Shown here: piece after piece, positions 54,701 to 64,000 of the stretch
Layout of the letters: each line of letters starts with the position of its first letter
Position numbering within the stretch: position 1 is the stretch's first letter
Origin: Vitrella brassicaformis CCMP3155
Taxonomy: Eukaryota > Protista > Chromerida
Assembly (NCBI GenBank): GCA_001179505.1
Contig: CDMY01000295.1
Span: 466,506-530,505 of the forward strand
Length of the DNA stretch: 64,000 nucleotides
Direction: 5' to 3'
Notes under the pieces: model-generated
Seen by the model: the letters and a program-made list of their open reading frames with translations, nothing else
Database searches by the model: none
Told to the model about the DNA's origin: nothing
Translations under genes and position numbers: made by a program

Positions 54701-56204
54701 CGGACTCATTGAGCCTGATTTCTTCGGAAACACCACATACGGGTAATCTGCACACAGACACACTGGAGATTGGTGTCTCTGTGTGTCTATATGTGTGTGT
54801 GTGTGTGTGGGTCAGTCATTCCAACGCCCGCACTGCGACGGCTGTCGGTGCAGCTGAGTACCTAAACACCACTGAATTTGGCACGGTACCATCGCGAGTC
54901 AATGACTTCTCGTCGAGAGGTGCGGTGCGTCGATTGTGCTGTGCAGTGCACGCCACGCAGCGGCCGGATGGATGCCATGCCTGTGTATGTGTGTGTGTAT
55001 GTGTGTGGACTGCACTGCGTGCAGGGGGGGTGCTTATTTGGTTTGGCCCCGATGGGGAGAAGCTCGAGCAGCCAGAAATACGCCTGAAGCCCAACGTCTG
55101 CGGACCAGGTGATGTGATGTGATGCGATGTGACTGACACACATACAAGACACGCTTAATGGACCTCCATTGCTGGCAATAGAGCCCTTTGCCGTCGGTGA
55201 CCTCCATTGCTGGCAATGGACCTCCATTGCTGGCAACAGAGGCCCATTGCTGGCAATGCAGTTCCATTGCTGGCAATGCAGTTCCATTGCTGGCAATGAA
55301 GGGCTATTCCCAGCAATAGACCCTATTGCTGGGCAATATTATGGGTCTATTGCTGGGAATAGCCCTTCATTGCCAGCAATGGAACTGCATTGCCAGCAAT
55401 GGGCCTCTGTTGCCAGCAATGGAGGTCCATTGCCAGCAATGGAGGTCACCGACGGCAAAGGGCTCCATTGCCAGCAATGGAGGTCCATTAAGCGTGTCTT
55501 GTAGCACACATCACCCACCCCACCCGTCATCTCATCTGCCCTCATGGCTCCTGCTGTGTGTGTGTGTGTTTTTGTGTGTGTATCCCCAACTTAAGACGGC
55601 GCCAACACCAATTTCTTCCCGCCAGTGAACAGGGAGGAGAGAGACCGAGAGGGCGATGGGTGAGCCAGACAGCAAGGAAGAACCACATGCGCGCTGTCTG
55701 ACGGTTGTGTGCGGGTCGGCGGATGGGTGTGTGTGTGTGTGGCTGAAGGTTCCCCAACTTCTTCGGTACGTCGGCTTCGGCGCCTCATGTGGCGGCGCTG
55801 GCGGGGTTGATCATCGACAGACAACGCGTGAGGAATGAGCCAGCTCTCACGCCAGAGCAGATCACGCGCCTCCTGGAATCGACGGCAGAAGACATGCAGG
55901 GTGTGCAATGCAATGGAGGCGCACACACACAATGAACGAACGCATCGGTGCCCGTTGGCTGTGAATCCCTCCCTGGTGCAGACATAGTGGTGCTCGAAGA
56001 CTCGGAGGGCTTCGATTTCAGAACAGGTGTGGACGATACGAATCAATTTCAGACAGGCGTGTCTCACTCCCCGAATGGATTGGATGGCCGAGTGCGTGTG
56101 TGTGTTGTTCAGGGTTTGGCTTCGTCAACGGAACCAAAGCGTTCGAGGCGCTTGAGGGCATCTGGGCCCCACGGCCCCCACACAGCTTTCCGATCCAGCT
56201 ATAA
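51771..56204 (+). CDS. Secreted subtilase, bacterial S8/S53-like type, copy 2
   Basis: MVSAPLLLTFALLISQCDG signal peptide, a prodomain paralogous to copy 1, and motifs IGFLSDSF, DE|GSGMMEL, YYSSAGNNG, KPNVCGP and GFDFRTG|FGFVNG. Stop at 56202-56204. Confidence 0.85.
55145..55501. mobile_element. 357-bp foldback MITE with TA flanks (Tc1/mariner-type target), intronic
   Basis: TA-CAAGACACGCTTAATGGACC...GGTCCATTAAGCGTGTCTTG-TA. The arms are complementary almost to the centre and contain repeated CATTGCTGGCAAT units. Confidence 0.85.
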
Positions 56205-57448
56205 CAATTGAGGCTACCAGGTCCACTCCACCACGCCGACACACACCTCACGTCACCTCACACACACGTGCAGCGATGTAATGCGATGTGTGTTGTGTAT
56301 CGCTGTGCAGATGGTTCTCTGTCTAATTACTGACTGTCTGTGGCTGACAGCGAGAGAGAAGTCTTTTTGAGTCTCGACCCGTTCGTGTCTCATCCGTCCG
56401 TCCCCCTTCCCGATGTGATGTGCCTGGGCGTTCCTTCCGGCGTTTACGTAAAATAAGTGTGTGTTTGTGTGTGTGGAAGGGGCGGTGGGTATCGTTGTGG
56501 ATTTTGTAGCTGTCTGCACCGGCCGAGTGTATCGTTAAGGCAAAACATCTTTTGTACATCCATCCATCCATGAGAGGGGGCTGTGTCTGTCTGTGTGGGT
56601 GGCCATGGGTGGGTGTCGTTGCGTGCAAACAGAGAATGCCCAACCGTGTGCACGTGTCCTGTGTTGTGCAGCAGCGCGGCTGTGTTCTCATCTCAACCGT
56701 CTCATCTTTGTCCTTTGTGCAGCTTATGTGTGATTGTGTGCGCTTTATGCGTCAGCGTCTACGTCTGTGTGTCACTCAGTCAAATTTATGAGCAACAGGC
56801 TTAACAGGTGCGCACCGTACCCATCGTCCACAAAGTCACAGACCCCACAAATGACTGACATAACACACATGGACTGACTCATTGACAGATGCCATCAATG
56901 GTACACACGGACTAGTACTGACTTTACAGACACGAAGACGCCCCCGGGGCTAACGGGGAGGGGAGACACATCCACGTATATCGGTAGGCAACGCAGGAGA
57001 ACCTCCCCTCCCTCCCCTATCCACGAGAGCTGAGCTGAGCTGAGCTAGGTTACATGTCAAAGATAAAAAATACCAACTCACCGACGGACTGGGCAGCACA
57101 CATGGACGCCCATCAGTCACATCATGAGGGCTGGGCTCACTCTGCGTCCATCCCTCCCCCTCAATTTTGTGATGTGAGCCAGCCCAGCAGTGTGTGAAGA
57201 CGTACATCACATGCCCACACACAGACAGACAGGCCCACCCACCCCACTGAGGGAGGGGAGGTGCACTCTCTACCCACCCACCCCGTGGAGGGTATGTATA
57301 CCAACGTACTCGAGTACTTGATGTCGTGGTTTCTCTAGCCATCCATACCATGCATTCATTCATCACGTGTGTGCACGCGCCGGTGTGAATGCGTGTGCAT
57401 GTGCGCATCAGTAAAAAGCCGACCGATTGTCCATCCAGTCTTGGTGGA

Positions 57449-58974
57449 TCACCGAGCCATGGCCTGCATGAGCAGCTCCACCGATGCCAGCTTCATGCTG
57501 GTGCCCTCCTTGTCGCCGTACAGCCTCACGTAGGACTTCTGCAGCGCCGCAGTGACCTCAGCCAGCAACTGGGATTTCTCGGCTGCGTCGATCGGTGCCC
57601 GCGACACCTGGGGGGAAGGCACCCCTTCACAGACGCCGTCCCGGCACTCCAAGCATCCAATGTCCTGCCCGTCGCCGTATGCCGGCCCCCCGAAGAGCTT
57701 GAGGACTTCGTAGAAAGTGAAGGCGACGAAAGGCATGGCGGGGGAGGGGTCAAACAGATTGACGTTGAGCAGACACTCCTTCAGCACCAGGTCACATTCA
57801 CTCTGGGATGCCCCTGCACACATACACAGACACACACAAGCGCCATTGCATCGGTGCAGGTGTTCGGCTTGTGTGGGTGTACCTACCGCAGATAGTGTAG
57901 CAAATGTCGTGCTGGTTGCAGCACTGGTTCGACAGCGCCACCCCCTCGTCAGAGAGAAGCTTCTCCAACGTCGCCTGTGTGAACGCGAGAACCTCGACAG
58001 TGCCTGTACGGAGCCACGCCACGGAACACACAACCATTCTTTTACCACACCTATGCCATCCATCAAGAGAACTAGCTACTCCAGTCAGTCAAGTCACCGC
58101 ATCCATTGGTGTTTTCCGGGCCGCGGGGTGCTTGACAAGTGGTGCCATCCTTCTCTCCCTCACACGAAGTCGGCGCAAACAGGGGGTAGCTGAAGCGGTT
58201 GGGCGTCGTGACGTTAATCGACAGGTGGAAACACGAGTCGGTCGGGTCATCGGACATCTCGGCACACAAGAAGACCTCGTCGTCGAGAATCACCACAGCG
58301 CCGAACTCGCCAGGGCTGGTCCGCTGAAAGGAGCCCTGCAGCAACCCCGTCAGTGCTGGGATGAACCTCGTGTCGCCCAGGAACGCGTCAGACGGCAATT
58401 GCCCGCCCGCTGAGAGCGTCACATTCGCGAGCTCCAGGTTGTTTGCACTCAGCGACGCGATCAGGGCCACCCGCCTGATGAGAGGCTGGCTGCTGCTGCT
58501 GCCGTCATCCTTCTTCTTCTCAAGTGAGAGCATCGCGTCGTAGAGATCCTGTACGTGCGTGTCGTTGGTCTGCGCGGCTTCGAAGGCCAGGTCTCCCATC
58601 GGCGACAAAGCGGCAGACAACACGGCCGGGAGGGCGATCTTGCGGACGAAGGGCACAGCTGCTTCAGGCAGGTTGTCCTCGTTTGCCCCCCTGAAGCACT
58701 TGTAGAACCCCCTGTCGCAGTCCAGCTTGCCTTGCCCCTCAGCACTGTAGCACTCCCAGTGCGCGTCGCAGCACGCGTCAGCGGCCTCGTCGAAGGCCTC
58801 TGACTCGCTCCCTTTGGGCAGCACCCTCTCGTCCAGGAGGCTGCGGAGCTCCTCGAAGAGGGAGGCTGGGATGGGTGCTCTCCTCGGCGAAAGGCAGCCG
58901 GCCGCCGCTGTCGGTCTCACGGCGCCGAAGGACGCCAGCGAGACGAGAAGCAGCAGCGCAGGAGGCCGAGCCAT
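57449..58974 (-). CDS. Secreted phospholipase A2 (group XII-like) with two PLA2-type domains
   Basis: Signal peptide. Domain 1 reads DACCDAHWECY..DCDRGFYKC. Domain 2 reads NGC|GT..QCCNQHDICYTIC|GASQSECD..GGPAY. The exon phases are compatible. Confidence 0.8.
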
Positions 58975-59129
58975 GGTCCGTACGGTGCGAGAGCAAATTT
59001 ACGAGGTGCGAGCTTAGCCGTTTTCGTGCGTCGATGCGCTGGGACCCTCTGCCGCCGCCGGGCAGCAGGCTGGTGGACCCTCCTCCGCCACGTAGGCCAT
59101 GTGATCGATGCAGTGGATGCACTCCCTCC

Positions 59130-62016
59130 ATGAACACCCTATTTATTCTCTGCATTGTGGTCATTGCAGCCAAGGAGGGGCGTTTGGGTCTGACGAGAGC
59201 CTCTGAACTGGGAGGTAAGGTAACCACACCGCCATTCCATTCTCACCTGCAGGACATCAACGCGGTTTTTCTTTGCCAGGCCTATTGGCGCCGAACTTGA
59301 AGCCGTGTGTGCCTGAGCATGTGATCCAGAACGTGCCGGCCAAACCTTTAAGCCCCTTCATTGAGACCATGGTGCTGGAGACCGTGTGGAACAAGTGAGG
59401 GAAGGATGCGGCCACATGGAATTTTCACCCGATTCCCCGGTCTCCTTCTGTTGTCGTGAATGGTATGTATTGCTGCAGCACTCCGCTATGGGGAGGCAGC
59501 GACCAGGAGGCCGTATCCCAGCTGCGGTCGGTGGGGAGGGCTCAACACACGTATGGGGAAGGAAGATCGGCTTTGGTGTGCTTCCCCTCCCTCTCCCTTG
59601 GTCGATGCAGCTATGGGGAGAAGCGTCGCCTCCAGAATGGGCTGAGGAAGCTGCTGCAGGCGCTAGAGGTAGGTAGCTCGGTGAGGTCAGCAGATACAAA
59701 TCACATCAGCACTCACTCAGATGACACCATCTTTGTGTTTTCTTGTGCGTGTGGTCCACCTCAGTTGTACTTCGGCAGTGCCGGTCCTACCGAGCTGTAC
59801 GAGCGGCTGCTGGAGGTCAAGTCGCGGCTGCCCACACACAAAGGCAGCGCATCCGGCAGTGGCAGGAGCGTCCACAAGGGTACATAACATGGGTAGAGGG
59901 GGGGAGATACATCCTATTACATCCTCAGTCTTACTGGTGCTCACCTGCACGTGTGTCGTGTGGTGTCGTGTGCAGATGAGATTGATTGGGAGAGTTTCCA
60001 CGATGTACCTAGGGGGATGCTGAGCTGGATGGATTGGCCAGGCTTGGCAGCTGGGCACTCACGTCGTCTCGTCACACACTATAGACGGACGAATGGCTGT
60101 TGGTGTCGGTCGGTGCTGGCTGCAGGTGATTGGCCAGACCGCCGGATGGGACAGGCCGCTGCGGATCTTAGACAAACAGGAGATGTTCATGTACTGACCA
60201 AACAGAACAGAGAAAGAGATTTGGGTGCATGGATGGATGGATGTGTGTGGTCGCTGGCTGGCTGGCTGGCTGTCTGCAGAACGTTGTGCCTGCCGACGTC
60301 TGAGGTGTTCAAGAGTAGTCTGGAGGAGTTTCTCGAGACCAACCGGCAGCAGCTGCTGGAGTCCATCGTCAAGACAGACAACATGGCACCCAATCCGCGG
60401 CTCCACACTTGGTGGGCGGGCAGCGGGCTGCACCCACCTGACACAGACACTCTTGCAGACCCACTGCGCCTTTGTGTGTGCTGGCAGGCTGGTTCTGACG
60501 CGCGACAAGTTCGTAGAATCTCTGACCAAGCTGCCCTGGAACCATAGCGACCACCCGGTGGGGAGGGATAAGACGAAGGAGGGAGGGAGGGATGGATGAG
60601 CGGTGTGTGGCCTGGTGTGTGGTTCCAGATGCCCGAGAGTGAGTTGACGTTGCTGGGGTGCCCATACGAGAGCCTTGCACTCAGACTGCAGGCAAAGGTT
60701 CGCACCCACAGGACATAAGTGAAGGCACTGTCCTATTCTGTCCTGTCCTGTGTACGCATGTGTATGTGTTTGCAGGCACATCGTGAGAAGGTAGCTGCAG
60801 AGATCGCTCAATACTTCAGCCAACACCATCAGGCCGTGTCAAAGAAGGTATGCCTGTGAGTATGATGGTGGCTGGTGCACGCAATTCTCACCCTCCCGCC
60901 CCTTTGCTCGAATGCAGGATTTCCTCAAGACAAAGTACTCACACGGGCGGGCGTCAAAATGAACACATACAGCACCTGCGGTGTGTTGATGTGATGTGCT
61001 TTGTGTCTGTCAGTTTGGTGTCGTGCGAGGAGATACAGGTGATGATGCCCCACAAATACCCCATCCAATGGGTACCTACCTCCCTCACTCGGGGGGCATT
61101 GCATCGCATCAACGAATGAATGGACGGATGGATGGATGGATGGACACATCAACTCAACACGCGGGCTGTGTTGTGGTTGTGGTGTCCAGATCTACGCTGG
61201 TTGTCTACACCTGACCGAGGCCACTGCAGACGACATCTCCCCTGAAGACTGGTAGGTAGGTGGGTGGCTGGCCGATCCATGCCACTGCAGACAGACAGAG
61301 GCAGGAGAGAGAGGATACAGAGACAGAGAGAGTTGTGCATCCAGTCATCCAATGGCTGCTCTCATTCATCAGGCGTCGCGATGTCGAGGAGCGTGCGGCG
61401 TGGCCCGAGGACTACGCATCGCCCAACGCCAAGCCCTCCCACCCAGAAGAGATCGCACAGCTGGTAGGTACATACCTCATTCATCACCACAGACAGACAG
61501 ACAGACAGACAAGGGGAGGGAGACACATGTCGCAACCAACCAACCAACCTTTGCCTCTCTCTCTCTCTCTTGTTTCGTCTTCAGGAGCAGTTGTGGTACG
61601 ACGGCGGCATGCAGCAGGCTCTCGGTCCGCTGTCTCTGCCAGTGTCGGCCCACGGCATCAACTGGCTCACACCCTTCAAGTGCCTCAGCGACCAAGACGG
61701 TGACGGTGACGGCCACCCCTTTGCAGCTGCCATCCGCATGATCCATGGCGGCGGGCCAGTGCCCTCGTGGCTGCAGCAGCTCGACCACGAGGCCCTCCCC
61801 TCAAATGCCACACGAGCACGCCTCCTGCGGCTCGCACTCCATCCTGACCTGGGCATCGGCGGGCCCTTCCTCGCACATGGCTTCCAGCGCTGCTGCGAGG
61901 TGTTCTGCAAGCTGCACGGCAACACGCAGCAGCAGCAGCACTCTCGTGCGGGAGCTAAGAGGGAGAGTGGGGGGACGAGAGGGGCGGGCGGTGGCGGGGA
62001 GGGACGTGATGGATAG
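59130..62016 (+). CDS. Multi-exon hypothetical protein, possible signal peptide
   Basis: MNTLFILCIVVIAA, then a chain of phase-compatible exons ending at ORF 61570-62016. No recognised domain. Confidence 0.5.
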
Positions 62017-62219
62017 ACGGACATCAGAGAGACCGTCCAGGGCCATATGCCATATGGAGGGATGGATGGCCCGTGCGGGTATGTGTGCAGTGTGTGGAGT
62101 GGATAGACAGACAGGGGAGATGGCTGGGCTGCACGTGTGTGTGTGTGTGTGTGTGTGTAGTGGGTGAAGAGTGAGCGATGTGGTGCCTGCCTGCGACAGT
62201 GAAAGGCATACATACGTGC

Positions 62220-63361
62220 AATTGAAGGACGATTGCAAAACGGCCCCATAGCTGTCCACTCCTATTGACTGCGACCGCATAGGTACGTCAGTGGTCGAAA
62301 GAGTGAACTGTCTGTCAACCAATATAAAATGTAAGCAGCGATTTGCACAATCGAGGGCCACCACGTTCTTGCCGCACTTATCGCACTGACACCTGACACC
62401 ACACCACACAGAACAAACGCAAAACAAAGGCCTGCATGGAGACGCCACTCCGTGATGAGTCTCTGTCGGTCACTGACTCACCCACTTGCCGCACTTGTCC
62501 CCCTCGTCCGTCCTTGGGCACCCGACACACTCGCAAGGCAACATGCTGGCGGCCTCCTCGGCCAGCTCCCGCCACTTGTCGAGCATCACCCCCGCCATCA
62601 CACGCTGATTCACCACCACCTCCGTCTCGCCGTTCCACTGCACTGGCGGCTCTACACGGCCCGCCACGTCGCTCACAGAGGGTCGGGCGGCGGTGTCCGT
62701 CATGGCCGTGGGTGATGTGGGTGATGTGGCTGTGGCTGTGGCGTGCTGCAGCCGCCTGAGGGATTCCTGCACGCCCTGTCTGTCATAGCCCCAGAAGACG
62801 TTCACGATGTGCCGGTCCCGGAGGGCGGCGATGCACGCCTGTTGCTTGAGGGCGTAAGTGTTGAGGTCAGTGTTGAGCTTGAAGGCGCTGTCGATGGTCT
62901 TGGGGATGTGGTTCATGTGCAGCGCGTCCCACCCCGTGGACACCCAAGCACTTCTTCCTGAGTCGAGCGAAGTCGTCCTCGCTGCGAGCCTGGCCGCTGG
63001 GGGTCCAATCTGGGCGCCACTCCCTAATGGCCATACACAGACACAGACAGGTAACCATACAGAGCAGCTGGGCAGGCTACACGGTGCATGTGTCTGTCTC
63101 GAACACATCGGCGGCTCTAGCGTGTGTGAGACATTCATTGTAGTGAATGCATCGTCTCTCTGTCTATCCCACCGGCTCACAGTGTTGCCTGGACCGCTGG
63201 GGGTTCTGTGGGAATGGGGTTGAAGAAAGACGGGACGTACACCTGGTGGTGGGGACCGATGCGCACTGCCTTCGAGGGCGGCAGCTGCGGTGGCGGCGGT
63301 GGCGGAGTGGCGGATTCCGCGGCGGCAGGCTCTGCTCACATCAACAAACACCACACGCACA

Positions 63362-63393
<32 letters not shown>

Positions 63394-63714
63394 TTCGTCA
63401 ATCTGTCGCCCGAGCTACTGGCTTTTCATCGCCCTCTTACGCAGCGGCTGTATGGGGAGGATGCCGTATCGAGCCGCCAGCTTATTGCGGCGCTGGACTG
63501 CCACCCACAGCGCCTCTTCCATCTCCCTTGGCGTCAACGCCGCCGCCACCGTGGTCCTCGAGCCCTTCACGTCGACGTCCCAGCTCCCCCTCCAGTGAAG
63601 TCCTTTCCACCGGATGTTTATGTCCTGCACGTTCCCATTCAGACGCCGGAGTTCCCTCATCAGTTCCGTAGCGGCCTGTCGGGCCTCCTTTTCGTTCAAA
63701 ATGATGTCGTTCAT
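62220..63714 (-). CDS. Hypothetical protein with a tentative AP2-like domain and a Cys-rich C-terminal part
   Basis: INIRWKGLHWRGSWDVDVKG..EMEEALWVAVQRRNKL resembles the AP2 W-x-W / EEA..A..R pattern; CECVGC..CGK|CDKC lies downstream. Both ends are uncertain. Confidence 0.4.
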
Positions 63715-63889
63715 GGTGTTTCTCGCCGACGGTGGTGCTTCAAAGGAAAAATCGCTACCCACCGACCTCCTTTCCACCTGATGTGCACGTACTGCACGTT
63801 CCCATTCACCTGGCGTCGAGCTCGGAGATCAGTGCCGCGGCGGCCTTCCGGGCCTCATTTTTGTTCAAAATGATGTCATCCATGGTGGT
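63601..63889. repeat. Tandem ~120-nt coding duplication (period 169 nt)
   Basis: Minus-strand ATGGATGACATCATTTTGAAC.. (63883) versus ATGAACGACATCATTTTGAAC.. (63714), both continuing to GTGGAAAGGA. Confidence 0.9.
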
Positions 63890-64000
63890 TCCCTCGCACG
63901 ACGGTAATACTTGAAGACTCTATCAGGATGTTGAAGTTGCTGTGTGCCGAACACACACCGTGGTCAGAAGGATCAGACGGAGCCCTCGAATCTCGCCTTA

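Noticed and set aside
55145-55501. Regularly repeated palindromic units resembling a CRISPR array
   Set aside because: The spacers are only a few nt and are mirrored in the opposite arm, there are no cas genes, and the context is a eukaryotic intron. A foldback element fits better.
56057-56112. Possible GC-AG intron near the end of subtilase 2
   Set aside because: An upstream GT donor at 56027 gives exact colinearity with copy 1. The GC site is a duplicated copy of the donor region inside the intron.

Overview
Intron-rich, GC-rich eukaryotic DNA with GT-AG introns full of (AC)n/(AG)n/(GACA)n/(GGAT)n microsatellites. Genome style and gene content suggest the chromerid alveolate Vitrella brassicaformis; this is an inference. 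About 25 genes were reconstructed by hand-splicing. They include an inositol 5-phosphatase 3' end, a PI-synthase-like gene, a RING-H2 ligase, a MYND finger, TRM7, a sulfotransferase, a multi-TM PAS protein, mitochondrial uL13, a TMEM87/GPR107-type 7TM protein, RABL3, PLAC8, a papain-like protease, an M14 carboxypeptidase, AMPK/SNF1, two bacterial-type subtilases and a double-domain secreted PLA2. Four structures stand out. (1) A ~6.5 kb, 4-gene segment (27.2-33.7 kb) recurs at 41.95-48.65 kb both inverted and circularly permuted, the geometry expected from a circular-DNA intermediate. (2) The two subtilase paralogs differ at >=7 intron positions, one of which appears to leave a 2-nt exon. (3) A 357-bp near-perfect foldback MITE with TA flanks sits in a subtilase intron that is short and lacks it in the paralog. 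(4) Both papain-like paralogs carry different lesions, and they also differ by one intron. All exon boundaries are manual predictions, and block edges are approximate (tens of bp).
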